This document shows, piece by piece, positions 16,121 through 31,960 of a stretch of 64,000 bases of DNA. The stretch comes from the human T2T-CHM13v2.0 reference genome, Homo sapiens, in the NCBI RefSeq assembly GCF_009914755.1, contig NC_060942.1, one strand, 5' to 3'. The stretch's first letter is position 1; the number at the start of each line of letters is the position of its first letter. The notes under the pieces are model-generated. The model saw nothing but the letters and a program-made list of their open reading frames with translations. It ran no database searches and was not told the origin of the DNA. Made by a program: the position numbers and the translations under genes.

Positions 16121-17224
16121 TTAAAAAAACAAAAAAATTAAAACTTTGTTTAAAAAAAACTTATTTTAGAGAAACATAGTGGGCTATAGTCTTAATCTAA
16201 TCCAACTTCCTTTTTAGCAATTCTTTGTCAAAAAACTGAAACTTTTTCCAAAGAAAATCCCATTTCCCAACACATCATCTACCTCTATCTCTGTCTTTTT
16301 TCAATACAAAATGTCTCAAGTCCAAATATCAACTCTTTCTCAAAGCCTAAGATACTAACTACTTTCTTCTTCCCCAAACCAACTTCTTCTCTCCTTGAGC
16401 CCTGCACCTTGTATATACCTCTGCTATTGAACTAAGGCATGAGGCCTTTTTCTCTAAGTATTTTCTGTACATGTACGCAAATCTCCCCAATAACCTGATA
16501 AACTGAAGACAAGAACACTTCCCCATCCCATAGCTGAACATGACAGAGCTTATTAATGACATATTAATAACACGAAATCAAGTATAGCTATAGATTGATT
16601 TGAACAGAAACGAATTTTTTTCTTTGGTTTTGTCTTTTAGAGGGGATAGTGGAAATCCAATATAATATTTTAAATAGTTCTAAAATACAGAAGATAGCCC
16701 CTTAATTAGTATAAAATCAATATGCCCAAATGAAATATTATACACATTATAACCTTAAATCAATAGATTTAAAACTGAAAGAATTATGGTTTTTAAAAAA
16801 ATGGTTCTAGTTTTGTGACAGGATTCTAAATATCAATTAAAGGAATAAAAAGGACTAAAAATTTGACGTTCAGAGAAAATCTCTTGACAAGACTCACTAT
16901 TACGGCTGAAATGCTGTCTTTACAAAAGTGGGTTTGGTCATGATTTATTTCATGGATAACCTATTTCAAGGATAATCATTAACTACCTGAAAGTCTAAGA
17001 GCTGAATCAGCTAAACAACGATACCTTTAAATGAATATAGTTGCTAAACGAAGATCAGAAACTACAGAAATCAAAATTTTAGATTACACAGACATGACAA
17101 ACCTCCAGATTAGTAAAACAGCAGCTATTAGAAAGTAAAGAGAAATTTCATTATTCTGTGAAGAACTTTCCTTTTTTTTGTGGGCGGGGGAGGAAAAAGA
17201 GAAACTCAATTATCTGCTCACCTA

Positions 17225-18320
17225 TTATTCACTCACTCGGTGAATATTAATTAGGCCTTACTATGTTCCTCCACTATATGCCAGGTACCTCTCCAGTCCT
17301 GGGAACCCAGCAGAGAGCAAAATACAACCTCTGCCCGCATGAAGCTCACATCCCACTGAAGAAAGTAGAGTGTAAATCGATATACTTCCTAAGATGTTAG
17401 GTGTGGCTAAAAAGTGTTTTAAAACAGGATAGGAAAGATGAAGAGGAACAGAGAAGTAATGGGGAGTGGAGGCAGGGAACTGCTACTTCTCCAAAGTAGT
17501 AGAGGAAGGCCTCGCTAATAAGATGACATTTAAGTAGAACCCTGGAAGGGTCAGGAGCCACGTGGCTATCTGAGGGAAAGCATTTATAGAAGAGGGAAGA
17601 GCAATTACAAAAACTATTATTTGGTAGCAAGAAAGCCAGTGGAGCTGGTTCTGAGGGATGGAGTCAGAAAGGAGTGGTGGGCCAGATCAGTTAAGGCTTT
17701 GGGTCGTCATAAGGAATTGTCCTCTGCTGAAAGCCACTGGAACATTTTAAACAAGTATCAAAATTGGTCTGTAGAGAACTGATGGTAATGTGCAAAAGTG
17801 GAAGCTAAGAGACAGAGGACTTTACTGCAGTAATCCAGGCAGGACAGAATGGTGGGCTTAACTCAGGTATTCAGATTCTGTATAGGTATTCAAGGGAGAA
17901 ATGACAAATTTTGCTCAGGGATTATATCCACATATGAGCAAAAGAAAGGAATCAAGGCTGACTCTAAGGTTTTTGCCTGATCAACGATCAACTTGAACAA
18001 CAAAGTTGACATTTACCGAGACAGGCAAGACTATAGGAAGAACATATTTGGAAGGGGAAACAAAGAATGAAGTTTGGGACATGTTCAGTTGGAGACATTT
18101 ATTGTCACCCAAGTGAAGACATCAAAAAGGACACTGGATACAGGTAAGTTCAGAGTTCAGGTTATATGTCTGGTCTGGAAGTATAAATTTGGCAGGCATC
18201 AACAAATAGATGGCATTTAACAATCACAAATGGGATATATTTCATGAGGGCTACTGTCAGTCCTGGGGTTCCACTCCTGAAGAGTTAGGAAGATAAAGAG
18301 AAATTAGCAAAGGCGATTTA
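17225..18320 (-). mobile_element. L2 element fragment
   Basis: ATTCACTCA...AATATT end and TACTGCAGTAATCCAGGC / TTTGGGACATGTTCAGTT motifs typical of reverse L2. Confidence 0.7.
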
Positions 18321-18779
18321 CACTGTGCTAAGAGAGTAAATCCTAATGGATCTAACTCTAAAGGCACTGTGTTCTAGTTTAAGAGAGTTCTCTCTGACTC
18401 TAGTCAGAAAAATAACAGCTGCTGTGAGAATTAAACAAGCATTAAGCAGAGCATATGGCATATAGCACTCAATAAATATTAATTTCCTTTTCTCGCTTCA
18501 CCACAAAGGAATTCCAATGTTTCACCCTGCGTACTTGTATTTGAAACTCTTGCTATCTCAACAACTCAAAGCCCCATGCTAATGTCATTAGCTAATCTTT
18601 ACATGGCCCAATGGACTAATCACAATTTACACCCCTAATCTAAGATAGCTGTCCTGCATATATAAGCATTAGTCACATGCCATCAGAACTAAAAGTGAAG
18701 ATGTTTCAGTGCAAATCCATCACCCCATTAGATAAAAAATAATCAGCAACATCACCTCATGTGCATTGGGAGGAGGGGC

Positions 18780-18955
18780 TATAAATGTTTCCTGTAAACT
18801 AGCCACTCAGCAGCCATGGCATAATTCTATGAGTCTGTTAGAAATGCCGGCTCTCAGGCCCTACCCTTTACCTGATGAATCAGAATATGCAAGATGTGAT
18901 TAACAATATCTCTAAGTGATCTGTTTGAACATTACCGTTTGAAAAGCACTGCTCT
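18780..18955. mobile_element. MER5A-like hAT-Charlie element
   Basis: TGTTAGAAATGC...CTCAGGCCCTACCC...GAATCAGAA...TTTGAAAAGCACTG. Confidence 0.7.
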
Positions 18956-20208
18956 CAGTCACTCAACTGGCTTCACCAGGTCATTAGATCTTTTTATATA
19001 CCTCCCTGAAAAGCTAAAGACCTTGTGTTACAAATTCTTCCTTAGCCTTGGTAAGCATCACTAGCTAAGAGTAACAGCAGTTCCTAGAATGCTCTGTGCT
19101 TCTGCTTCCAGAACAGGGCTAGTACTTTTAGCTCTTACTTCCCAGATGTTTCCCCAAATGAAATTACCTTCATTTGTTTTACCAATTTAGTTTACTCAAC
19201 CACAATATTTTTCAGAAGATTACCAACGTATCATTTTAACCTATACATGAGTATTCTCCAAAATCATTTAATATCAACAAATATCAGTTTCAAAACAGGC
19301 ATCAGAGGACATTTTGTTAAACTTAGGAAATCTCTACATAGATTCATATTTATTTTCCAACATCCAAACTACCTACTTGGTCAGTGGCAACTCAAAAAAA
19401 CCACTTTAAAGGCAAAAAGTTTCAGAGTCCAAATTCTACTTCAATTATTAGTGGGCTAGCAACAGACAGAGGGCAGCATAACCTTACATTTATATAAACC
19501 AAAGAAGAAATTTAACATCAATGAAATAGCATTTTTGTTTAGATCTCATTTTAAAGTACTTAGTCAATTAATCAAAACAAATATAATCATCTAAAAACAA
19601 ATACCTTAATTACAATCTCCCACAATGATCAAAATTGTTTTAATAAAGTTCCAAGTTATATATTTAAAATAACTACCAAAAATTAGATAATTGATTTGTT
19701 TTTAAAAACGGAAACAATAAAACAATAACTACCTTTAAAAAAAAAAGCATGGAAAATTAACTTTACATTATTCTGGCACTAAGTAAAATAAATTACTGAT
19801 TTCTTTTTGGTTCCTGTCCAAATAAGCACATAGATGAAAAAATACAATCAAAAACTACATGATGCAACTGATAGGATAAGTTTTCCATCAATACTTCGAC
19901 CCATAGATAGATTGACCATTTGCAATACTTAATAGCAAGCAATTGTAGCACCACTAATTTTTCATTTATATAATATTAAGGAAGACACCCATATTTTAAA
20001 TTCAATTCCTTTCTTAAGAGACTGGAATTCTTCCATTCTTGATGCTTATGCCTTGAAAAATTGTCACTCTTCAAAACAGAAAAGGACTTCAGAAACATAA
20101 TGACTAGTGAATACAAGTTAAAAATTAAAAGTAACACAAGTGATGTTATTTTCCTTAAAGCAAAATACTATATTTAAAATGCAGTGTTTTATCCGTTTTC
20201 CTGGATCA

Positions 20209-20571
<363 letters not shown>

Positions 20572-21781
20572 CTATATGCTCTACAGAATTCTAGGAAACA
20601 AAGCTGCAAATGTTTAATAACTAAGGGCAACAAAGAGGCATAAGGAATAGTTTTCTAGTTTTCATAATTTCTCCCATACCTGCATTTTAGTGTGTCACTC
20701 CTTTGTTTTGGTAATAAGTACACCACGAAACACTGATGTCTGAATGATCTGAGATATTTTTACCACTAACATTCAAATTCAGAGATAACCTCACGTTTAA
20801 AAATATAGTCAGTAAGAAGATTTTAAAGAAATATTTACACATATTAAAATCACTTTTAACAGACTTCATACAATGGAATATTTTGTAATAAAAGTTAACA
20901 AATTAATGCTATAGGCAACAATAGTTATGAACCTCAAGAAGGAGTTGAGAGAGTACATACTTTATAATTTCATTTAAACAACATTCAAAACAGGCCAATT
21001 GATCTATAGTGACAGAAGTCAGAAAGGAGTGTGGCTTGGAGAAGGAGGGAGAGGTAACAGAGAAGGGGTCTTTGGAATGCTGGTAACATTCTATTTTCTG
21101 TTATGGGGGTGGTCACTTTTTAAAGACAGATGCATTCACTTAGTAGAAAAAGCACTGAACTATGTACTTTTCTGAATGTATATGAAAGTTTAAAAAAAAA
21201 AAAAAAGCCTTTACAGAATTAATGTTTTTTTCTGATAGCATTTTAAAAATCATTTAAAAATTTAAGTGTTCTAGTTAAACTAACAGTGCACAATTTCAGA
21301 AACTGTAATTGGCAAACACACAGAAGAGACACCAGCCTTAGGCACTTTCAAAAAGTGCTTCTTTTTAGTAATTTCCCGGCCATATATTCTCACAATTATC
21401 TTTTCCGTGTACTACTCTTTTTATCCATTCTTTAGTTAAAAACAATGAAACTCGTGAAACTATAATATTTTTAAATTATGCTTATAATAAAAACATGTTT
21501 AAGCATTCAGCCTTTGAACTAGTAATGCCACTAGGAATTTAAGAATCCAAAATATGAGTAAACATGCGTAAGTAGCAATTCAGCATAGTGTTATTTATCA
21601 AAATACCAAAAAAAGAAAAAAAGAAACCTAAAAGCTTAATTTCTGGAATACTTGTGGAAATCATAGAACATCTTGCTGGTAAAATATTAGTACCCATTAA
21701 AATTTATGAAGTGTTTAATTAAATGGAAAATGTATGTTAGATAATAAGAAATGGTTAAAAAAAAAAAAAAGAGAATAAACA

Positions 21782-22123
<342 letters not shown>

Positions 22124-23206
22124 TTATAGACGCTGTCAATTGGACTTAAAGCAGAAAAGAAAAAAGCCTCAAAACTAACTTGAAATTATAAATGAATTTT
22201 TATTCTTCTTTGTACATCAAAATGTTTTTTAAATGAACATTTTATTTTCTGAATAAAAGTTAAAAACTGAAAACACCAAAGCTTAAGAAAAGAAAGGTCT
22301 AGGTAAAATAGAAAAGTAGGAAAAAGAAAAGTACTAGAATAAAGACTAGCACAGAAGATAGTTTATTGCTATCATGGGCAGAAAAGCAGCTTTGTGAAAG
22401 ACACCTAAAGCAACACGTTAATTAAAAAAACAACTTTCAAAAGACATACTAAGGTATGAAATCATATATTACGTAACTCAAACTACAAATATGGTTTAGA
22501 CATAAAACAAGTTACCAAATATTAACTAGATGAATCAAATAAAAATCAGGATATTTAATCCTACCAAAGATGACTTCTGAAATTCTTTTGATCAGGTGCT
22601 AAAATAAAAATATTAAGCAATTAAGTTGCTGACAGAAAGGAAATAGTGGGATACCTTCAAGAGAAATGCATGGGACCAAAAAAAAAAAAATCCCTTAAGT
22701 TACTAAAATATGCAACACACCAGCAATATACATAAAGTACAACAAATACAAGAAATAGGACAGTCCTCAGAAACCAACTTGACCAATACTTAGAAACTAA
22801 AGCACTGCTAACAGTATTTTGAATAGATAAAACAAGAAAAAGAAAAGGTTCCATGACATTAAGATATGCTAACTATAAAATAATTTCTGGAGCAGCAATG
22901 GAAACTATTGCTTGTATTCTGTGTGTCAAGGAACCTGGGAAATAGTGAATAAGTAAAGAACTCTGACAACACGTACCTAGCTGAAGAGAAGGAAAGGCTA
23001 CTCTTGATATTAATGATAAGAACCAAGACACACACTGCAGAGATAAGATCAGTAGGCTTTCAATGCCCTCCAATCAATTAAAAGATACAAGTGTACCAAT
23101 TATATATGTATATATGTATGGAAAAATGTATTCGTATATTAAGACATAATCTCTTCCCTCAAGTGATCCCAAAGTTATTAAAGAAACCAAAGAAGTCAAA
23201 CATATA

Positions 23207-23243
23207 CATGTATATGTATATGTATACGTAGATGTAGATGTAG

Positions 23244-23297
<54 letters not shown>
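23207..23297. repeat. Hexamer microsatellite (ATGTAT)n with (ATGTAG)n interruptions
   Basis: About 15 tandem units visible; source of the YTYT and HIHI ORFs. Confidence 0.95.
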
Positions 23298-23299
<2 letters not shown>

Positions 23300-23591
23300 A
23301 TAACAGCCAAGTCTTGTCTTTTACAAAACTAAGTTCCATGAGGCCAGGGACTAATTCTAACCTATTCAGTTTTACATCCAGCAAGTAATACTGTTAGTCC
23401 ACTGTAAGCAATCAATAAATTATTCACTGAATGAACAAGGAATAAACAAACGTACAGACTGCAATAAAACATATGCAATAAAAGCAACAGCACGATTAAA
23501 AAATAATTTCCCATCAAATGATTTGTCAAAATTGTTCAAAATGTTAGCCATTTCTCAATTTCTACATTTCCCATATAACCTGTTACACTTA

Positions 23592-23969
<378 letters not shown>

Positions 23970-24799
23970 TTATCATTTTCATTAAATAGGAAAACAAATC
24001 AAAACAGAATTTATTCCTGTGAGAATTACCAATGCCTGCTGACATAATTTAAAAAGCACAAAAGAATGATAAACCACCTACATTTTAAAAATACAATAAT
24101 CTTTTAAGTATTTAATATGATGAATCTTAACAATGAATAAATACAAACAATAGAATATAAAAGGTAAATGAACCATAATTTCCTCCTAGTTTCTAGTGCC
24201 TAATTGTTCCAATTTGGAACGTTAACACGCAAACCCCTCGTCAAGTATTTCTTATGCTTACTATACGCCTAACACAGTGGCAGGCATAATGAAAGAACAA
24301 TGCATTAGTACAAGAGACATGATGATCTCTGTCCTCAAATTGATACCAACATTTCTAAAGAAATGCATCAAGGAAAGTCAAATAATTAAAAAACAATTAA
24401 ATATCAAATTTTATAAACTCTCTTTAGATAATAAGGTTTCAAGTGGAAAATGTTATGCCATCATAAATTTAAATAATTTACTACTTCAAGAGAAATCATA
24501 TCTTTTAAACTAAAAGGTATACATTAAATATGAAGAAGAATCTATGCATAGTAGACTGTCTTGTAAGTCACATCAATATAGACAAAGTATATCCCAGATA
24601 TACTGATATGCCCCCATAAACTAGCGGGTAAAAGGACACCCTCAGTAAGAAAGAAAAAAAAAACTGAAGTACTTAACTTTCAATTTTCCATTGAAAACAT
24701 ATGAAAAGAAGAATGAGAAATACCTGCAAACTAAGAACAAAAATCTAATATACCAGAATTTCTTCAATTCAAGGATGACTATACAGGGAACAACTAAAA

Positions 24800-25550
24800 G
24801 GTATGAGGCCCAAAAAGCACAAGTCGTTGGCAAGAATATGGAAAAAATGGAAGCCTTGTGCATTGCTGGTGGGAATGTAAAATGGTGCAGCCACTGTGGA
24901 AAATATAATGGGCAGTTCCTCAAAAAAACACAGAATTATCATATGATCCAGCAAATTCCACTTCTGGGAATATACCCAAAAGAACTGAAAGCAGGTTCTC
25001 CAAAAGAGATGTATACACACCCAGGTTAACAGCAGCACTATTCACAACAGCCAAAAGGTGGAAACAATGAAAGTGGCCACTGACCAATAAATGCAGAAAC
25101 AAAATGTGGTATGTTGTATATACATGCAAGAAAAGGAGGCCGGACGCGATGGCTCACGCCTGTAATCCCAGCAGGATTGAACTTGAACCCAGGAGGCAGA
25201 GGTTGCAGTGAGCCAAGATCACACCACTGCTCTCAGGCCTTGGCGACAGAGCAAGACTCTGTCTCAAAGAAAAAAAGAAAAGGGTGTTGAGCATTCAAAA
25301 GGAATTAAATTCTGATACATGCTACAACATGGGTGAACCTTTAAAACATAAAATAAAATAAGCCAAATACAAAAGTAAAATAAGCCAGATACAAAAAGAC
25401 AAATATAGATTCCACTTATATGAGGTACCAGGAGCTGGGGATAGGCAGAATGAGGGGTTATTGTTTAATGGGTACAGAGATTCCATTTGAGATGATGAAA
25501 AAGTTGCATAGATAATGATAATGGTTGTACAACAATGTCACTGCAGAAGT
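24800..25550 (+). mobile_element. L1M 3' fragment containing an internally deleted Alu (25138-25276)
   Basis: L1 3' motifs; Alu 5' end joined directly to its right-arm end. Confidence 0.8.
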
Positions 25551-27245
25551 AAAAGGAAGACAAAATGATCTACATAAGCAAAACAAGGCAAAAACTTTTG
25601 AGAGTAGACCAAGCATAACTATACTATAAAAAGTTTAAATTTTCCTATAAATGAAACAATTTCATATTGAAGTAAAAAACAAAAATTAAAAATTTATATA
25701 TAAATCCTTAACTGTCATGGGATTATAAGTAAAAAAAGAAAATAAAATTCTAAAAAAACTTTGTGAATAAAAGGTTAAAAGTTCAATGAGTAGTAGAATT
25801 AAAACAAAAATTCTAAGCAATATGAATAGTGAATAATTTAGGGCAAAATAAATTAGAGTAATTTTCTACTGATGACATGTTTAACAATAAAGACTCAATA
25901 AAAATGAGTCTGTGATCTGAATAAAACAGGACATCAACAAAACATGTTATTGATATGGACTTATAAATTTTAACTCAGTCTTTTTGAACATAATTAAAAT
26001 TAATAGACATAAACTTTGAACACTGCAAAGAATATAACTTCTCCTTAAGTTTCCAAGAAACACTGACAAAAATTAACTTTAAACATACTTTACCACAAAG
26101 AAAACTTCAGTGTATATTTAAGGCTATATTTCTCTGATCCCCAAGAAATAAAACTAAAAAGCAATAAATATTTAAACCGAAAGTAGAACAATCCTTACAA
26201 AATTAAAACAGAAAAAGTAAAACGCCCTCATACAAACAACTACTGGTCTAGAGAAAACAAATTGGAAATACAGTGACAGTCTTATTATATTGACAGGCAA
26301 TTAATTCCTCCATACAGTATTTCTCCATGAAAACAGTACTAGGAACAACATCTCTATTATTCAAGTCTATTTACTTGTGAAATTGTTTAAAATAATCTTG
26401 CTAATTCTAATGATGAATTGAGTACTTCTCAAAATATCATAAAAAGAAAATACTTTAGGAATGAGTTTTACAGTTCTATTTCCAACATTTCTTCTAAGCA
26501 TAAAAAAAATGGCTTTTTGTATTGTTTTGTTTTGTTTTGTAGGAAAGGATTGAAAAACAATAGTAACTGGCCCACATTTTTTAATTCTTTGGGCTAAAGA
26601 TGTTTAAGCAACAACCCTAAAGGAGTTGACGGTGGGGGAAAAGACCCGTCCTCACAGGATACTCATAGTTTTTACAACAGAAGGTACAAAATTGAAATAC
26701 CAGGTTAGCAAAATGTCTTAAATATTACCAATAAAACAGATTTTATAGTGTAAACACAACTTACACACTACCTCTGCAATATACAATGGGTTGTGGATTC
26801 TACAACGCACCTGGAGTAAGAAACTGCAGCAGGCTCTGCCCCTCACATGCTTCCAATGGACCTTCCACACTGCAGCCAGTCACGGTTCCTCCTGCCAGTC
26901 TCACAAGGCACTTCTCTGATTAAAAGCAATCTCATCATGCCTTCAGAGGAAAGGCAGGACTACTCAGCATCATGCCAAAAGACCCCTACCAGCAGACCCT
27001 CATTTATCCCACCAGTCTCTCTCCACTATTTGCACCTCACATTTCATGGTCTAGGTGCTTGTGTTCCATCTACTACCAGGCCTATCCTTTATCTCCGATC
27101 AGAACTATCCATGCCTCTTTGTCATGGCTCATGGTTCATTCTCACGCTCCGCCAGATTAAAAAAAAAAAATGCTATTTTATTTGCTTGGCCAAATCCTAC
27201 CTATAATTTAAAACTCAGTTCATTCAGATCTACAAAAAGCCCTCA

Positions 27246-27765
<520 letters not shown>

Positions 27766-30610
27766 TTATGGAGTTTGCAGGGTCATGATAATTAAATGAC
27801 TTCATAAATAGTGCTTAGTGTCTGACATACAGTAAGTGCTATATTTAAACTATCTTAGTTTACGTGTTATTCCTTTATGCTTATCTCTATTTTACTAATG
27901 TCATATTAAAAGTATCTATCACCCATAGGCATAAAAAGCACTACATCTTATTTGATATCCCAAGTGCCTAGCATATATTAATAACGGGCAATCAAGAAAT
28001 GTGAGTTAAAATAACTGTCTTTGGAATGGTGGCAGCAGCAGGGAAGGTCTATGTAATTAGAGATCCCACTACACCAGTTATCAATTCACAATCTGGTCCA
28101 AATATCCTTAATGAGCCCTTACTGGATACAAAGATCTTTAGTTTCTTTCACAATCCTCTTAGCCCCTCTTGAAGTCCTACCAACATTCTACAATTCTACC
28201 AACATGCCTTGATGTTGAAGTTACCAGTTCACAGCAGGTCAGATGGGAATTTAGAAGCAATGAGTCATAAAGATGAAAAGACTGCTTTCCAATGACTGCA
28301 ATGACAGGAATGACACAGAAGAAATGCGGAAAAGAAACAGAATATAGACCTAAGAGTCTAGGTTATCTGGCAGGAGGTGAAAGCTACTTTCTCCTTGCAT
28401 CTTGAACCTGACTTAGCATGTAAATAGGGAAAAAATAGACCTGATTTGATGATGGAGGACTAGGGGGAATGACATATGACATACTTTAGGTCAGCATAAC
28501 TAATTTTGGTGAAAATATTTTTTCTTTTATTTACTTCGAGTAATATAAAAATATTCAATTAAGGGGGGAAATTGAAATTCCCTTCCATGCTGAGTTACAG
28601 GGTTCCAGACATGATTGATGTTACTGATATTAGTACTGTGTGGAAATACCTAGAGATTTGATTATATATCCTCAGGTACTTAATTTCTAAATTGATAGCA
28701 ACATTTATTATTTTGTTCCTTTAATGACTCAACAAAAATACTGCTTCCGTCTTTCTTTTGAAAACTGGCAAAAGTATGAACATTAAGAAATTTTACTTGT
28801 TTGCTTCTTTTAAAATATAGCCAAAGAAAAGAGACATTTATTCTTTTTAAACAAGTAAAAGTAAATCAAATATAATTTGAAGTACTTCTGTTTTATTTAG
28901 CATTTGTAACATACCAACTGGCACTTGTACAACAGAATTAACCTTTAAAGTAAAAATAATTCATTGAATCATAAAGTACCAGCAGCCAAAAGTTAAAAGT
29001 GAATGACTAACTTTTACAGATAAATGTTCTGGCCAAGAAAATTTAAGTTAATTTAAGAAACAACTGATAAAGCATTCCTCACACTTCAAAGGAAAAATTT
29101 ACTTGTTGAAAATCTTCAATATGTGAAAAATCTCCTAAAAGTACTACAAAATAGTGTGATAACCTTAAGGACTAAAGAAAAACCAAGATTCAGAACTATT
29201 ATCAGAAAATGAAAGACTTGAAAATACACCCATTTTAAAATATGCAGTTTGTTTCTCTTTTTAAGAGGCTCGTGTTATGAAAAAAATAAAAGTTTGGGTT
29301 TCTTTCTTACATGGGTATTGTTATTATGTAAATATCTGTAATTTATTTTTTTATATTCAGACCTCTATTCACAAGGATTTCAGACAGCCTGTAACAATGT
29401 TTAATTAAATATAGACCGACTTACATCAAAATAGCATAAAGAGAAAAAAAACTGATAAACGTAAGAGTCAATATATATTTTTATGACTAATAAATTTTGA
29501 TTCTACTGCCCTGACAAGGCAGCAAAAGGGAAGGGAGGAAGGGAGAGGGGAAGGAAGAAAGGGAGAGGAAGGAAGACCAGACATTAGGAATTCACATTAA
29601 CAGAAGAGATAGAATGCCAAATCTTCAAGGAAGGCAAGGTTATCAGATGACAATTTCAAAATGAAAGATATTAAATGACAAATGATTTATGATATTTTGA
29701 AATGTTAAAAAAGATATGTTTTCCAGTTACATGGAGACATACTCTGGTATTCCATAGATCTCTTAAATATTATGTTGTAATATAACATTCTTAAGGCTAC
29801 TACTGTACACATGTTGATTACTCATGCAAAATATTACTTATCAAAACACTTCTTACAAAAAAAACAAAATTTAATTCCATATTTTCTAAAATTATCTACT
29901 CTACTGAAATACAAACAGCAAAAAACAAGGTATCCTGAACTCTCCACACTTTGAATGATTATTCTAAAGTTGATCCAGAATTTTCACTCTAGATAAATGT
30001 ACATTTAAGCTCCTAATAACTCACAGATAGGCCAGTTGCTTAAATGACATAATTAAAAACTTTACGTAAAACTTCCAATTCTGGCCATGAAATAATAACA
30101 AGGACATCTCCTGTCCTTCCCCAGAAATCAACTAGAAAGTGGCATAGTGTCATTGCAGGACTGTGATGCCAGAGAGAAGGAAAATAAGCAATGAGAGTCC
30201 TACTATACCTGAAAACAATTACTGTACAGCAAACACAGGCAAGAGAAATCCAAAGAGTCTGACAGTCTCGATGACTTTAGGAGATGAAGATGCCTGTGGA
30301 AGCTGACATGGTTAGGAATTGTGGGAGAGCTATGCAAAGAAAGAATTTCAGAGACCTAAACAAGTTTCCACCCAGACCATGCTGAGATTAGGTGGCTTAG
30401 ATTATAGGTAGATACTCTGTAAATACAGGCCAAAGATGATTACTGAGATTTAAATTGAACAACTCCCAGGGCTCACACAAGACAATAAAACTCAGTCTTC
30501 AACCAGGCAGAGTAGACAGTCATCAATCATCACTTTGGACATTCAATAGAGGTCCCAAAGGATCACATCTCAGGAGCAGAGTTTAACCCCAAGCAAAGGT
30601 TCTTCTAGAT

Positions 30611-30807
30611 CAGGGTTTCTCAACCTTAACACTTCCTCAAGGTTTTCTGACATCTTGAGCTAAAACATTCTTTGTTGTGGTGAGCTGTTCTGGCTTCTAT
30701 CTACTAGAAGCCAGCAGCACCACTCCAGGTGTGACAATCAAAAATGGCTCCCGACGTTGCCAAACATCCTCTGGGAAGCAAAATTACCCCCCAGTTGAAA
30801 ACCACTA
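30611..30807 (+). mobile_element. MER20 hAT-Charlie element
   Basis: CAGGGTTTCTCAACC...AGTTGAAAACCACT termini; degenerate 8-bp TSD TTCTAGAT / TTTTAGAC. Confidence 0.8.
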
Positions 30808-30883
30808 TTTTAGACCCATTCTAGCAAAATTTTTTAAAGTCTTGAGAAAATGAAACTGCTCTACAAGTAACATAACCACCTGT

Positions 30884-31073
30884 CAGCCTCAAACTTCTGG
30901 GTTCGAGTGATCCTCCTGCCTCAGCTTTCCAAATAGCTGGGACTATAGGTATGCACCTACATGCCCAGCTAATGTTACTAATTTTTGAAGAGACAAGATC
31001 TTACTTTGTTGCCCAGGTTCATCTCAAGCTCCTGGCTTCAAGTAATGCTCCCATGCTGGCCTCCCAAAGTGCT
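30884..31073 (-). mobile_element. AluJ fragment
   Basis: Partial reverse Alu ending in a local 16-bp duplication CCTCCCAAAGTGCTTC. Confidence 0.8.
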
Positions 31074-31309
31074 TCAGAACCCTCCCAAAGTGCTTCTAAA
31101 AGGGTAAAATAAAAAATCAAGACACTCAACATGGTAACATTGAAAAGGTCCAGCATCCAATCAGAAATTACTACACATATCAAATATTAAGATCCATAAA
31201 GAGAAAAGTCAGCCAGTGGACAAGACCCAAAACTGAAATACTCAAATGTATAAGACCTATACACTGACAACTTCAAAACAATGCAGAGACAAATTAAAGA
31301 GCTAAATAA

Positions 31310-31616
31310 GGCTGGGCACAGTGGCTCATGCCTGTAGTCCCAGCACTCTGGGAGGCCGAGGCAGGCAGATCACCTGAGGTCAGGAGTTCGAGACCAGCCT
31401 GGCCAACATGGTGAAACCCTGTCTCTACTAAAAATACAAAAAAATTAGCTGGGCACATGCCTGTAATCTCAGCTACTTGGGAGGCTGAAGCTGTAGTGAC
31501 AGTCACTTGAACCCGGGAGGCGGACAGTGCAGTGAGCCAAGATCATGCCACTGCACTCCAGTCTGGGTGACAGAATGAGATTCCATGTTAAAAAAAATAA
31601 AAATAAAAATAAATAA
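31310..31616 (+). mobile_element. AluSx-like
   Basis: Full Alu; degenerate TSD GAGCTAAA. Confidence 0.92.
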
Positions 31617-31728
31617 TGAGCTAAACAAGTGAAGACATATATATGGTATTCATGGATCAGAAGATTCAATACTATTAAGATGTCAATTTTTCCTGAATTG
31701 ATCTACAAATTCAACTCAATTCCATTCA

Positions 31729-31960
<232 letters not shown>

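Noticed and set aside
23074-23384. YTYT and HIHI repeat ORFs
   Set aside because: Artefacts of the hexamer microsatellite
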